A model generated the notes under the pieces. That model saw nothing but the letters and a program-made list of their open reading frames with translations. It was not told where the DNA came from and did not search any database. Positions 1 through 10,738 of a DNA stretch of 64,000 nucleotides are shown in pieces (the stretch's first letter is position 1; each line of letters starts with the position of its first letter). A program made the position numbers and the translations under genes. This DNA is from Candidatus Sumerlaeaceae bacterium (GTDB lineage: Bacteria > Sumerlaeota > Sumerlaeia > Sumerlaeales > Sumerlaeaceae), in contig JAIBAT010000074.1 of the NCBI GenBank assembly GCA_019695055.1, positions 1 through 64,000 on the forward strand, in the 5' to 3' direction.

Positions 1-26
1 AGAGTGGGGCGCGATGCGCTCCACTC

Positions 27-809
27 CTAAAACATATCCATTTCCGTCAGTTCCGTGGGCAGACGCCCGGCCGCCGGTTGATCGAGGAACCAGTCCACGC
101 GCCCGCTCGAGGGAGCCACAAGCTGCGCGGGCAAGGCTTCCGTCCCCGACGACGGGGCCAGAACTTCCTTAACAATCTCGGCCTTCTCCGAACCAAGAGC
201 CAGCAGCAGGATCCTCTCGGCATTATTGATAAGCGGCAGGGTCATGGTAAGGCGTCGACTCGCAAGTTTCTCTACCATGGGCGCGGCCACCAACGCTGTT
301 TTCTCCTCCAACACATCTGTCTTGGGAAACAGCGAAGCCGTGTGGCCATCCGTCCCCAGGCCAAGAAGAATCAAATCAAACCGTGGCAGGTTGTTCTCTA
401 TGGTCCCAAAATCACCGAAAAAAGTCTTTATTTCCGCCTCGTAGGCGGCAGCAGCCGCGTCCGGGTCCGGATCCTCTCCCCGCATGCGATGGAGTTGCTT
501 CATCGCCACACGCACCTTTGACAGCATGGATTCGTGGGCCATCCTGTAGTTGCTCGCCTCGTGGTCCGGCGGAACGGGCCGTTCATCGCTCCAGAAAAAC
601 TGCGTCGAGGCCCATGGCATGCCGCCCCGATATCGAAAATTGTCCGCCAGCAGCGAGTAAAGCGCCCGCGGTGTCGCCCCGCCGGCCAGTGCAACTGTAA
701 ACAGCCCTCGCTGGGCAACGGCATTGCTGGCTATGCGCAACACAAGGGCCGCCGCCGACTGCACCGTCTCCTCCGCAGTCGGGTAAACGTGAATCTCGCG
801 AATTGTCAC
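27..809 (-). CDS. pgl: 6-phosphogluconolactonase
   Basis: 260-aa ORF with Pgl/DevB-type motifs (VALAGGATP, GLGTDGHTASLFP); distal gene of a gnd-zwf-pgl cluster. Confidence 0.75.
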   Translation of the reverse strand: MTIREIHVYPTAEETVQSAAALVLRIASNAVAQRGLFTVALAGGATPRALYSLLADNFRYRGGMPWASTQFFWSDERPVPPDHEASNYRMAHESMLSKVRVAMKQLHRMRGEDPDPDAAAAAYEAEIKTFFGDFGTIENNLPRFDLILLGLGTDGHTASLFPKTDVLEEKTALVAAPMVEKLASRRLTMTLPLINNAERILLLALGSEKAEIVKEVLAPSSGTEALPAQLVAPSSGRVDWFLDQPAAGRLPTELTEMDMF

Positions 810-821
810 TTCACCCCCTGC

Positions 822-2369
822 CTACCCGTTCCACCATTTGCGTCCATCCTTGTCGAGAAGCTGGTCGGCCGCTGCAGGCCCCCACGAACCCGCCGGGTAA
901 TTGGGAAACTCCCGGGGGGGTAGTGATTTCCACACATCCAAAATCGGGGTCGCAATCTTCCACGAGGCCATCACCATGTCGGCCCTGTGGAACAGCGTCG
1001 TGTCGCCCGTCATGCAATCGTACAGCAGGCGCTCGTACCCAGTGGCAGTGCTGCTGGAACCGAAGTCCCGGTAGTTAAATTCCAGCTTGACGTTTTGCAA
1101 CTTGATCACCGGCCCGGGCGTTTTTGCCTTGATCTGCATGGTGATCCCCTCCGTCGGCTGGATGTGCATGATCAACCGGTTGGGTTCAAGCTGCTGGACC
1201 GGAGTTTCATTGAACAGCATCAGGGGTGCACGCCGGAACTGGATCATGATTTCGGTCTTTCGCGTGGGCAGACGCTTCCCGGCCCGCAGATAAAAAGGGA
1301 CTCCCGCCCAGCGCCAGTTGTCTACAAACAGTTTAATGGCCGCGAAGGTCTCCGTGGCGGATGTCGGCGAAACGCGCGACTCGCTGCGGTAGCCGGAAAC
1401 AGGCTCCTCGCGGGATCGACCCGGTCCATACTGACCACGCACCGTCCGCTGCAGAACCTCCTCAGGGAGAAGCGGACGCACCGCCTGTAATACCTTTACC
1501 TTCTCGTTTCGCACCGACTCGGCCTCGAACGAAGCTGGTGGCTCCGCCGCAATCAGGGCCAGCAACATTAACATGTGGTTTTGCATCACATCCCGCAACA
1601 TACCGGCTTCCTCAAAATAGGGGCCCCTGTCCTCCACGCCAATGTTCTCCGCAACAGTGATCTGGACATGATCTATGTACCGGCGATTCCACACCGGCTC
1701 GAAGACGCCGTTCGCAAACCGAAACACAAAAAGATTCTGGACCGTCTCCTTCCCCAGGTAATGGTCAATGCGGTATATCTGACTTTCTTCCAACACCCCC
1801 GTGACGCGCCGATTGAGTTCCAGGGCCGATTCTGTGTCGTGGCCGAAGGGCTTTTCGATGATAACCCTGCGCCATGCTCCGTTTTCCTGTGTGGCAAGGC
1901 CGGCAGCGCCCAGGCGCTCCACGATGCTCCCAAAAAAGGACGGCGGTGTGGCAAGGTAAAACAGACAATTGCCGCGTGTATTGTGCCTTGGGGCCACCTC
2001 GTCAAGGCGCGCCTTCAGCTTGTCATAAGTGGCCGGATCGTCAAACTCGCCTGCACAGTAATACGTGCGTCTCGCAAAGTCCGCCCATATACCGGGATCA
2101 AGGTCTTGCGTGGCAAATTTTTGCATGTCCTCGCCAAGTTGGTTTCGGAATGCGTCGTCCGTAAGGTCGCGACGAGCCACGCCAACAATCGCAAAATCCG
2201 ATGGCAACAAACCGTAACACCGCAAGTTGTAAAGCGCCGGCAGCAGCTTGCGTTTCGTCAGGTCGCCCGATGCGCCAAAAATGACAATGGTGCAGGGATC
2301 GCCGGGGCACTCATCGCAATCATTACCGGAAGGCACCGGGGGCAGGGGATTGTCGGGGGGAAGGCTCAC
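822..2369 (-). CDS. zwf: glucose-6-phosphate 1-dehydrogenase
   Basis: 515 aa; G6PD signatures [15 protein letters not shown] (NADP site) and RIDHYLGKE (active site); start overlaps the gnd stop by 4 nt. Confidence 0.9.
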   Translation of the reverse strand: MSLPPDNPLPPVPSGNDCDECPGDPCTIVIFGASGDLTKRKLLPALYNLRCYGLLPSDFAIVGVARRDLTDDAFRNQLGEDMQKFATQDLDPGIWADFARRTYYCAGEFDDPATYDKLKARLDEVAPRHNTRGNCLFYLATPPSFFGSIVERLGAAGLATQENGAWRRVIIEKPFGHDTESALELNRRVTGVLEESQIYRIDHYLGKETVQNLFVFRFANGVFEPVWNRRYIDHVQITVAENIGVEDRGPYFEEAGMLRDVMQNHMLMLLALIAAEPPASFEAESVRNEKVKVLQAVRPLLPEEVLQRTVRGQYGPGRSREEPVSGYRSESRVSPTSATETFAAIKLFVDNWRWAGVPFYLRAGKRLPTRKTEIMIQFRRAPLMLFNETPVQQLEPNRLIMHIQPTEGITMQIKAKTPGPVIKLQNVKLEFNYRDFGSSSTATGYERLLYDCMTGDTTLFHRADMVMASWKIATPILDVWKSLPPREFPNYPAGSWGPAAADQLLDKDGRKWWNG

Positions 2370-3352
2370 TTCTTCGCTCCAGGTTCAACATGTCCCCCAA
2401 ATTTCGACCGCATGGCGGAAAGCAATTTCTCGGCAAAGGTGTGCTCCTGTCGCGAGCGAAAGCGCGTGAAGAGCGCTGCGGACAACACCTCCGCCGGCAC
2501 CGCCTCTTCCAGTGCGGTCTGGATCGTCCAGCGCCCCTCGCCCGAATCCGCAACGGTTCCCGTGAAGTTCGACAGATCCGCATTCTCGGCGAGCGCCATG
2601 GCCGTCAGGTCCAGCAGCCACGAGCTTACCACGCTTCCGCGCCGCCACAGCTCCGCAATATCTGCCAGGTTAAGGTTGTAACGCTGGCTCGCCGGCAGCG
2701 ATTCCTGCGCGGCGCACTTCATAATGTCGAATCCCTCGGCATAGGCCTGCATCAGCCCGTACTCGATCCCGTTATGGATCATTTTGACGAAATGTCCGGC
2801 GCCGCTGGGTCCGCAGTATAAATAGCCCTCTTCCGCCGTGCCTGCCCTGCCGGCACGTTCCTTCGACGGCTCAATGCCGCTGCGCCCGGGTGCCAGTGTC
2901 CGAAAAATCGGGTCCAGGTGTTTGGCCGCCGATTCCGGCCCGCCGATCATGAGGCAATACCCCCGATCCGCACCCCAGACTCCGCCGCTTGTCCCCACGT
3001 CGAGGTAATGAATCCCGCTCTGTGCCAGCATTTCAGACCGCCGGATGTCGTCCTTGAAGAAGCTGTTTCCCCCGTCAATGAGCATGTCTCCGCGTTCAAG
3101 CAGATTGCCAAGATCCGCAACAACCGTCTCCGTAATGGGCCCCGCCGGCACCATCACCCAGACCGCACGGGGCGCGGACAACTGCGTCACAAGGGCCGCC
3201 AGCGAGTCCGAGCCAGTCGCGCCCAACAGGGCGAATTGCTTTATCGTTTCCGGATTATTATCAAACACCACGCACTGGTGGCCACCCGCCATGAGCCTCC
3301 GCACCATGTTGCCGCCCATGCGGCCCAATCCCACCATGCCTAGCTGCATCAA
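2366..3352 (-). CDS. gnd: 6-phosphogluconate dehydrogenase (decarboxylating), short ~300-aa form
   Basis: N-terminal Rossmann motif [19 protein letters not shown]; 6PGDH-like fold; proximal gene of the PPP cluster. Confidence 0.75.
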   Translation of the reverse strand: MMQLGMVGLGRMGGNMVRRLMAGGHQCVVFDNNPETIKQFALLGATGSDSLAALVTQLSAPRAVWVMVPAGPITETVVADLGNLLERGDMLIDGGNSFFKDDIRRSEMLAQSGIHYLDVGTSGGVWGADRGYCLMIGGPESAAKHLDPIFRTLAPGRSGIEPSKERAGRAGTAEEGYLYCGPSGAGHFVKMIHNGIEYGLMQAYAEGFDIMKCAAQESLPASQRYNLNLADIAELWRRGSVVSSWLLDLTAMALAENADLSNFTGTVADSGEGRWTIQTALEEAVPAEVLSAALFTRFRSRQEHTFAEKLLSAMRSKFGGHVEPGAKK

Positions 3353-3424
3353 GAATTCTCCCGTTGCGTTACATCATGAAAGCGAAGCGCCGAATGAAAC
3401 GATTGCACATCGGCCTGTCGTACA

Positions 3425-4216
3425 TCAAGCCGCGGGCGGTGTCTTCTTCGCACCCGGGGTGCCGATCATCGCGTTCATCATTTCCAGCGGGAACGGAAAG
3501 ATGATCGTCGAACTCTTTTCCGCGGAAATCTCGGTGAGCGTCTGCAGGTATCGCATCTGCATCGACATCGGGTGTGCTGCCATCATGTCAGCTGCCATGA
3601 CCAGCTTCTCAGCGGCCTGATACTCGCCCTCGGCCCCGATGACTTTTGCCCGGCGCTCGCGCTCCGCCTCGGCCTGGCGGGCCATGGCGCGCTGCATCTC
3701 CTGCGGCAGGTCAACCTTCTTGATTTCCACAGCGGTCACCTTGATGCCCCAACTGTCGGTCTGCTTGTCGAGGATGGACTGGAGTTCCATGTTCAGCTTC
3801 TCCCGCTCCGATAGCAGGTCGTCCATTTCCTGCTGTCCCAACACGCTCCGCAATGTGGTCTGTGCCATTTGTGACGTGGCAAAGAAGTAATCCTCCACCA
3901 CCACAATAGCCTTCGCGGGCTCCAGCACCTGGAAATAAACGACAGCATTGACGTGAACCGACACGTTGTCGCGCGTGATGATGTCCTGGGGGGGCACGTC
4001 CAGCGTCACGATCCGCAGCGAAACCCGCCTCATTTCATCAATGGGCTTCCACACAATGATCAGTCCCGGCCCCTTCGGCTCCGGCAGCAGTCGACCGAGG
4101 CGGAAAATGACGCCGCGCTCGTACTCCTTCAATATCTTGATGCACGACAACATGTAAAAGACGACGATGATGATGGGTGTGAGCCACCAGTTTTCCATGA
4201 GAAGTCTGAAAATCAT
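3425..4216 (-). CDS. SPFH/band-7 (stomatin/prohibitin-like) membrane protein
   Basis: N-terminal TM helix, then SPFH core and a coiled-coil Ala/Glu/Arg-rich region ([21 protein letters not shown]). Confidence 0.65.
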   Translation of the reverse strand: MIFRLLMENWWLTPIIIVVFYMLSCIKILKEYERGVIFRLGRLLPEPKGPGLIIVWKPIDEMRRVSLRIVTLDVPPQDIITRDNVSVHVNAVVYFQVLEPAKAIVVVEDYFFATSQMAQTTLRSVLGQQEMDDLLSEREKLNMELQSILDKQTDSWGIKVTAVEIKKVDLPQEMQRAMARQAEAERERRAKVIGAEGEYQAAEKLVMAADMMAAHPMSMQMRYLQTLTEISAEKSSTIIFPFPLEMMNAMIGTPGAKKTPPAA

Positions 4217-4305
4217 AGCGCGGTCTCCCTGATTTTTAGTTTCATCGGAACCGTCCGACAGCCACCGGCCTTATGCCAGAAAATTCCGCGCCGGAATTGG
4301 GCGCA

Positions 4306-7300
4306 TTAGTCGTCCACCAAATCCTGCACGAACACCTCGATGCGATCCACGGTGAAATTTCCGCCTTCCAATGGCGCATTCACGCCAACACTGAGCGTGT
4401 CCAGCAGGTCGCAGGCAATCCGCAGATCTCGCCGCGATGTGCCGCTGTCTCCCGGCCCCGGATCGCCGTAGATCTTCGGCATCTTGCTGGTCAGGGTTCC
4501 GCCTATCTCGGGCCGGATGTCTGGGTTCAGCGGTGTGTGGAAAATGTGGGTATACCAGCCACCGGCTTCCAGTGCGGTCCGTTCCGGGTTCAGGCACCCA
4601 ATTCCCGGCAGCAACTGCTGCGCAATGGTCGCGTTGGCGCCCGGCGTCGAGCCACCGGTACTCCAAGCCCCGCCGATCTCGAATTTGTTTCCCCAGCTAA
4701 ACCTCACCGTCCGCGACCGCATCCGGAATTGTGCGTTCATGTTGCTCGCCTGGGTCGAGGTGATGTGCCAGCGCACCTTGTACTGCTTCCCCTCCTCGAC
4801 GCGCAGGTAATCTGCGGCCGTTACGTCGCTACCCGGATTCAGCTCCCGCGTCACCACCGCCAGTCGGTTCGCCGGCACCAGCGTCGAGTCCATCGTAAAC
4901 CCGAAGTTCCCCTCGCTGTAAGTCGGCAACGGCGTGTTGGGATCGCTATCCACGGTCGCCGGCAGCGTGGGATCAGCATTCAGGATGAGATTCTGGATTT
5001 GCGGATCACCGCCCCCATTCGCAGCCAGGTTGCCCGGGGTTAGCAACGTCGGGGCAAACACCTTGTCCGGCGTGTTGTCATCGAGTGCGGACTTGGGATA
5101 AGTTCCAATCCAGGATTCCGCCATCGCAATGTAACCATTGTCCTGCGGATCGATGGCATAGGCCTCAAACCCTCGCTGAATGCCCTCGAAACTGGCGTTC
5201 GAAGCAAGGTATGGCACGTCCACCGGGTCAAAATCCACACGGTAAAGCGAAGGCCGCGCGGACTGGTTTGTGGGCCGAAGCTCCAAGGACCACTGCTGCG
5301 TGGTGCTGTCGGCGTTCACATGGCTGAAGACCTCCAGGATGGACGCCTGCGCGAATCGCGTGCTCAGCCGGCACCGGAAACTCGGGATCGTGTTGAGCAG
5401 GGCGGGATTTGTCTGCCCCCCCGTAAAGATATAGTATTTCCCGCGGACATAGTTGGCCACCCCAACCGCCGAGTATGGCAACCACTCTGTCTGCGCGGCC
5501 AGCACCCCGGTGACACGAAGCCGCGAGGCACTGGCACTTACATTTCCGCGATAGGAGGTCGTGCCAGAATCGTAACTGGGATTGGCCAACCCCACCTGAT
5601 TGGTCCCAAACGCCACCCATCCAGTATCGGCCCCCGGCGCCTGCACCGCCCCGGTCTCGAACTTGTCCCTGCGCGCGAAATCCACCGTCGACGCCAGCCG
5701 GGCAAGGAAACCGTCCGTGTCACCCCCACCAAAGGTACCCTGAAACGGAGTTCCGCCAGTCGGGAAAAGTCCCGTCGTCATTCCCCCCACATAGGCGTTG
5801 AAATTCGCATCCACCAGGATGGCCATCGGCGTGTCGTCACCCGCGCCCCCGAAGTAAGTGGAGTAGCGCAGGTTTTTCATCGTGGAATCGAAACTCGCCA
5901 CAAACCCGTCCACACCCGCGGCCCGCGAACCCTGGAAAGCATTCTCCGTGGGCAGGTTGTTCGAGCTCGTGGTCCCCGCAAAATACACACTATTGTCCGA
6001 GCCGATAGTCACACACTGGGCCGCGTCGCTGTTGTTTCCACCAAAGTACGTGGAGGCTATCAGGTCATCGCCCGCTGGCAGAAACCGCGAAACAAACGCA
6101 TCGTAAGTACCGCCAGCCTTGTTGGTTTGAAATTCATTGGTAACAGGATAATCCGACGAGGCAGTATACCCCACAACCACGGGCGCAGAAAACTGCGCGT
6201 CCACCGCCACCCCGGTACCTACGTCCTCGCCCGTCCCACCCAGATAGGTGGAATAGGTGAAATTGCTGCTTGGCGATGACGGAATTTTCGTCAGAAACGC
6301 ATCCGTCCCTCCATTCGCGAAGGAATCATACGCGTTGCGCGTTGGGAACAGCGTCGACTTGGTGAATCCCGTCACGTACGCACTGCCGCCCGTATCCAGC
6401 GCAATGCCAAGCCCGGCATCCTCGCCATCCCCGCCAATAAACGTCGAGTAGGAAAGGCTGCTGTCCGAGGCCTTGATGCGTAGCGCAAAGGCATCGCCAT
6501 TGGTTCCATAGAAACCCTGAGGGGCATTCTTGGTCGGCCAATCCAGAGAGAAGGTTTCACCCGTGATGTAGGGATTGTTTAAGCTGTCGAGCACCAGCCC
6601 ATTCGCCACATCGTTGCTGCCGCCGCCGATGCGATGCGAGTACAGGCCGGACGAACCAGCCGCATTCAGCTTGGCAATGAAGCAATCCATGCCCCCAAGG
6701 GGGCCGAACGTCTTTGAAACCGGAAAATTGGCGGACGCCGTCGAACCGCAGATATAGGCATTGCCACTCGAATCAATGGCGATGCCGTTGCCCTCGTCCG
6801 CGAGGCTGCCACCCACATAGGTCGAGTAAACCAACGCTGCTGCGCCAGCCACACCAGGCGTCAGCTTCGTCACGAACGCGTCGCCACCCGTGTTATAGGT
6901 GGTATCGTAGCTGCCCGCCTTCGTGGGGAAGGCCGTTCCCGCGGCGCCGGTGGCATAAATGGCCCCAGTCGAGTCCACGGCAATCGCATGGACCTCGTCG
7001 TTCCCCGTCCCGCCAATATAGGTGGAGTAAGCCAGCACCGGGTCAATGACCAGCGGTCGGGTCCGGTCGTAGTCCCCGACCCGCAGCCCAACGCAGCCCC
7101 CCTCCCCAAGGTCATAGCGGGCCTCCACCATGGTTCGCCCGGCCACGCCAGTCTGGTAGGCAACGGGCTTGTGCATCACAAGATCCCGTCCGCCCAAGGC
7201 GACAACAAGGTTTCCCCCGCTGTCGAGAGACAACCCACGTGCCCCGTCGATCGCCAGCGCGATGGCCGCCGGATCAGCATTCGGCGACACTTCAAAATCA

Positions 7301-7830
7301 TATTCCATCTGCCGGTTCAGCCCATACGCGACCAGACTAATGCCTGGGTAGAGGCCGTCATAGCGAACCTTGGCAAACATCGGAGCTTCCTGCACCCACT
7401 TCGTCTTGTCGTTCCCAATCAGGTAATTGGCGCGAGCCGCGAGAGGCTCCGCCGCCTTGGGCCAAACCCCATCCCGGGCCCCGACAAACCGAATCTCGAT
7501 GGCCGTGCCCGTCGTCGGCGCGGAATCCGCGGCCATACGCCCCGGCGAGAACCTCCGATCCGCCCCTGGGCGCGCACCCGGAAACCCCAACACAATGCCC
7601 CCCGATTTGAGGGCCACATTGTAGTTCTGGCCGTGCCCCACATAGTGCGCCTCGGGCCCGGCCTGCCCGCGGTTTTCCTCAAAAACCAGCGGCAGGTTCA
7701 AGTAGTCGGCATTAGCCGGACCTGCAACCTGTGAAGCAGACGATGGAAATGCGGGGTGCGGAACGGAAACAATAGCGGCCAGAACGGCCGCCAAGACTGA
7801 CTGGCGAAACAGCATGGTGCGATATACCAA
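4306..7830 (-). CDS. large secreted SBBP (beta-propeller) repeat surface protein
   Basis: 1174 aa; signal peptide; ~12 tandem copies of the YSTYxGGxGxDxGxxIAxDxxGNAYVTG motif typical of SBBP repeats; unknown C-terminal ~300-aa domain. Confidence 0.6.
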   Translation of the reverse strand: MVYRTMLFRQSVLAAVLAAIVSVPHPAFPSSASQVAGPANADYLNLPLVFEENRGQAGPEAHYVGHGQNYNVALKSGGIVLGFPGARPGADRRFSPGRMAADSAPTTGTAIEIRFVGARDGVWPKAAEPLAARANYLIGNDKTKWVQEAPMFAKVRYDGLYPGISLVAYGLNRQMEYDFEVSPNADPAAIALAIDGARGLSLDSGGNLVVALGGRDLVMHKPVAYQTGVAGRTMVEARYDLGEGGCVGLRVGDYDRTRPLVIDPVLAYSTYIGGTGNDEVHAIAVDSTGAIYATGAAGTAFPTKAGSYDTTYNTGGDAFVTKLTPGVAGAAALVYSTYVGGSLADEGNGIAIDSSGNAYICGSTASANFPVSKTFGPLGGMDCFIAKLNAAGSSGLYSHRIGGGSNDVANGLVLDSLNNPYITGETFSLDWPTKNAPQGFYGTNGDAFALRIKASDSSLSYSTFIGGDGEDAGLGIALDTGGSAYVTGFTKSTLFPTRNAYDSFANGGTDAFLTKIPSSPSSNFTYSTYLGGTGEDVGTGVAVDAQFSAPVVVGYTASSDYPVTNEFQTNKAGGTYDAFVSRFLPAGDDLIASTYFGGNNSDAAQCVTIGSDNSVYFAGTTSSNNLPTENAFQGSRAAGVDGFVASFDSTMKNLRYSTYFGGAGDDTPMAILVDANFNAYVGGMTTGLFPTGGTPFQGTFGGGDTDGFLARLASTVDFARRDKFETGAVQAPGADTGWVAFGTNQVGLANPSYDSGTTSYRGNVSASASRLRVTGVLAAQTEWLPYSAVGVANYVRGKYYIFTGGQTNPALLNTIPSFRCRLSTRFAQASILEVFSHVNADSTTQQWSLELRPTNQSARPSLYRVDFDPVDVPYLASNASFEGIQRGFEAYAIDPQDNGYIAMAESWIGTYPKSALDDNTPDKVFAPTLLTPGNLAANGGGDPQIQNLILNADPTLPATVDSDPNTPLPTYSEGNFGFTMDSTLVPANRLAVVTRELNPGSDVTAADYLRVEEGKQYKVRWHITSTQASNMNAQFRMRSRTVRFSWGNKFEIGGAWSTGGSTPGANATIAQQLLPGIGCLNPERTALEAGGWYTHIFHTPLNPDIRPEIGGTLTSKMPKIYGDPGPGDSGTSRRDLRIACDLLDTLSVGVNAPLEGGNFTVDRIEVFVQDLVDD

Positions 7831-8105
7831 CCCTTCCTGATATTAACGGCACTTCAGCAAGTGCCGCCGCCGCGCGACCAAAACAAACGGCCCGCAGCTC
7901 TGCTTGAATCTGCATATAAACGGGTACGGCAGTACCGCGCCATCGGCCCGAACCAGCCTGAGAGGCCTTTTCAGGACGCTGGCGCAATACTGTTGCGTTC
8001 CCTTCGTTTAGCACTACAGCTTTCACTCAGAGTTTCTTGAGGGTGTTGCCGAAATATGGCACCCCCCGCCAAACTCCATATGTTCTTAACAGGAGGGTCT
8101 CAATT

Positions 8106-8720
8106 ATGCCTGTTCGAATCACTGGTCGTCACCTCGAAGTCACCCCCGACATCCGCGAATACCTCGAAAGGAAATTGCCACGCATCGAGAAGTACTCCGA
8201 TCGCTCCCAGAGCATGGAGTTTGTGCTGACAAAGGACCGCTACCAGCACAAGGTGGACCTGCACCTGAAGGACGGCCCCATTTCCGTTAAGGCCGGTACG
8301 CAGGATCCTGTGTTGCTGCGTGCCATTGACAGCCTCATCGACAAGGTGGAGCGCCTGCTGAAAAGCAAGTGGGCCAAGCTCCGTGGCGACACCAAGCGCA
8401 AAGGTCCACCCCGCCGCTCCGCCACTCCCATAGCCGAGCTGGCGGAGATTGTCGCCTCGGCCAAGCCCGGAAAAAAGAAGTCAAAATCTGCCGCCAAACC
8501 ATCCAAACGCCGCGAAGCCCCCGAGGAGGTGGGCAAGCTTGGCGTGCTGGTGTTTCACCCCGAGCCCACTGAAACGGAAAAAATGAGCGTGGAGGAAGCC
8601 GCCGAGGCGCTCTTCTTTCGCGACGAGAATTTCCTCTGCTTTTCCGAGAAACCCTCCGGGCGCCTCCTCGTGATCTACCGCCGCAAGGACGGCAATTTCG
8701 GACTCATTGAGCCACGGTAG
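8106..8720 (+). CDS. hpf: ribosome hibernation promoting factor (long-form HPF/RaiA)
   Basis: MPVRITGRHLEVTPDIREYLERKL... S30AE/sigma-54 modulation protein fold plus a C-terminal dimerisation domain; AGGAGG Shine-Dalgarno 8 nt upstream of ATG 8106. Confidence 0.8.
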   Translation: MPVRITGRHLEVTPDIREYLERKLPRIEKYSDRSQSMEFVLTKDRYQHKVDLHLKDGPISVKAGTQDPVLLRAIDSLIDKVERLLKSKWAKLRGDTKRKGPPRRSATPIAELAEIVASAKPGKKKSKSAAKPSKRREAPEEVGKLGVLVFHPEPTETEKMSVEEAAEALFFRDENFLCFSEKPSGRLLVIYRRKDGNFGLIEPR

Positions 8721-8748
8721 TCCGGCGCCACCTGCTGAATGGTGATTA

Positions 8749-10689
8749 TTGAGCACTGACGCGTCGCCGGCCACGGCATCTCCCCCCGCGCCCGCGTTGT
8801 CGTGGCGGGCATGGTGTGTCATCGTTTTTACCGTCGCATTTGCCGTGCGTCTTGTCTGCCTCTTGAATTTCCGGTCATTGCCGTTCTTCGAGAACCTGAT
8901 CGTGGACTCGTACCAGTACGACGCCTGGGCGCGACGCATCGCGGCTGGCGATTGGCTGGGAAACGGTGTGTTTTTTCAGGCGCCCCTTTACCCCTATTCC
9001 CTTGGCGCCATCTACGCCGTTCTTGGGAGAGATCTCTTCTGGCTGCGCTTCGGCCAGATCATCCTTGGCGCCACAGCCTGCGTGGCTTTGATGCACGCCG
9101 GCCGCGGCTGGTTCAATCGCACCACTGGTATTGCAGCAGGGCTCATGCTGGCACTGTACGCCCCTGCCGTATTCTTTGACACCCTGATCCAGAAAGCCGT
9201 CCTCGACGGGTTCTTCATGGCCCTGATCCTGGCCCTGTTGCCATGGGCGTGGACCCGCCCTGCATGGTTTCGTTTTGTGGTGGTAGGCACCGTCCTGGGT
9301 CTCTTCTGCCTGTCGCGCGAAAACGCGCTTCTCTTGTTGCCCTGCGTCGCGGGGGTGGCGCTGCTTGATCCCACCCTCGGGCCAGCTGCCCGCCGCGCCG
9401 GTCTTGGCGCGCTGATCCTTACCGGCGCCGCCCTGCCCATCCTTCCCGTTTACGCGAGAAACGTCCACTTCGGTTCGCGCACCGCCATCACCACCTACCA
9501 GATGGGCTTCAATTTCTACCTCGGCAACACCCGCGGTGCCCAGGGGATTTATGGCCCGCTGAAAGCGGGCCGTGGGGACACGCGCCATGAGGAGGCCGAT
9601 TCCCGCGACGTGGCGGAAAAGGCCGCCGGACGGAAACTTACGGCCGACGGAATCTCCTCCTTTCACTTTCGCCGCGCCCTCGACGAGATCGCCGCCGCAC
9701 CCGGGGAGTGGCTGCAATTGCTTGGTCGCAAGGCGCTCCTCACCGTGAACCGCATCGAAATCATGGATGGCGATGACATCTATTTCTATGAACAATCCTC
9801 GCTGTTGCTGCGGCTCCTCAACTCCGTCTGGAATTTCGGCCTTCTGTTTCCCCTTGGCATGGCGGGAATCTATTTGGCGCGGGCACAATGGCGGCACCAC
9901 GGGATTCTGCTCCTCCTGCTTGCGGTGCTGTGGGTCGGGACGGCCCTGTTCTTCATTGCCGGTCGCTACCGCCACCCCATGGCCCCCATCCTGATGATCT
10001 ACGCCGCATACGCCGTGGTCGCACTGGCAAGGGCCCTGCGCGAACGCGATTTGCGCAGGCTAGCCATGCCGGCGCTTGTGGCCATTGTCGCCGCGGGAAT
10101 TGGCTCTCTACCTCTTGTCTCAAAGCGCGACCAGCTTGCCACCTCTTACTTCAATGCCGCCGGTGCATGGCGGGAAAGAGGGAAACTCGCCGAGGCCATC
10201 GACTGCTACGAGAAGAGTCTCGAACTCGGCCGCATTCAAACACCCACCTACGCCAACTACGCCACGGCTCTCATGGACGCCGGAAAATTGGACGAAGCCC
10301 GTACGTTATTGAATGAAGGTCTGTCGATTGTGAGCCCCAAGGCGCCGCTTTTCGTAAACCTTGGCAACATTGAATTGCGGCAGGAGAATCTGCCCGCCGC
10401 GGAGAAACAGTATCGCGCCGCTCTCGACGAAGACCCGGATTCAGCCCCCGCCCTCAACGGCCTCGGGCTAATACTAACGCGCACAAATCGCCACACCGAC
10501 GGAGTAGCAAAGCTGCGCCGGGCATTCGATCTGGATAAGAATCTGCCGTCAGTTTACGCGAATCTAGGCAGTGCTCTGGCCGCTGACGGACAGACTACCG
10601 AGGCGATTCAAATCCTCGATTCCGGGATCAAGAAGTTCCCGCAGAACCCAGCCATTCGGGCAGAGCGATCGAAGGTTGGGCAGCCCTAA
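8749..10689 (+). CDS. GT-C family (ArnT/PMT/TMTC-like) membrane glycosyltransferase fused to C-terminal TPR repeats
   Basis: N-terminal multi-TM region with a VDSYQYDAW...GDWLGNGVFFQAPLYPY loop typical of GT39/GT83 enzymes; C-terminal ~250 aa of TPR-like repeats (AIDCYEKSLEL..., YRAALDEDPDSAPALNGLG...). Confidence 0.5.
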   Translation: MSTDASPATASPPAPALSWRAWCVIVFTVAFAVRLVCLLNFRSLPFFENLIVDSYQYDAWARRIAAGDWLGNGVFFQAPLYPYSLGAIYAVLGRDLFWLRFGQIILGATACVALMHAGRGWFNRTTGIAAGLMLALYAPAVFFDTLIQKAVLDGFFMALILALLPWAWTRPAWFRFVVVGTVLGLFCLSRENALLLLPCVAGVALLDPTLGPAARRAGLGALILTGAALPILPVYARNVHFGSRTAITTYQMGFNFYLGNTRGAQGIYGPLKAGRGDTRHEEADSRDVAEKAAGRKLTADGISSFHFRRALDEIAAAPGEWLQLLGRKALLTVNRIEIMDGDDIYFYEQSSLLLRLLNSVWNFGLLFPLGMAGIYLARAQWRHHGILLLLLAVLWVGTALFFIAGRYRHPMAPILMIYAAYAVVALARALRERDLRRLAMPALVAIVAAGIGSLPLVSKRDQLATSYFNAAGAWRERGKLAEAIDCYEKSLELGRIQTPTYANYATALMDAGKLDEARTLLNEGLSIVSPKAPLFVNLGNIELRQENLPAAEKQYRAALDEDPDSAPALNGLGLILTRTNRHTDGVAKLRRAFDLDKNLPSVYANLGSALAADGQTTEAIQILDSGIKKFPQNPAIRAERSKVGQP

Positions 10690-10738
10690 CAGAAGGGTAG
10701 TCTACTTAGATCACGTAAAAGCTTCGACCACAGACGAA

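Noticed and set aside
1575-2681. Numerous long antisense or overlapping ORFs. Examples: 1575-2681, 5320-6279, 6988-7734, 14719-16158, 21710-22636, 26579-27232, 27898-28560, 30093-31382, 47026-48846, 48068-49276, 59043-60421.
   Set aside because: High G+C suppresses stop codons on the non-coding frames. These translations are low-complexity (Arg/Pro/Gly/Ala-rich), lack motifs, and lie entirely inside well-supported genes on the other strand.
8040-8105. Sigma-54-type promoters (TGGCAC-N5-xxGC) upstream of hpf and at 40245-40262
   Set aside because: The -12 elements deviate (GCCAA and GTGCC instead of TTGCA). No bEBP-type activator is nearby. They are noted only as palindromes.
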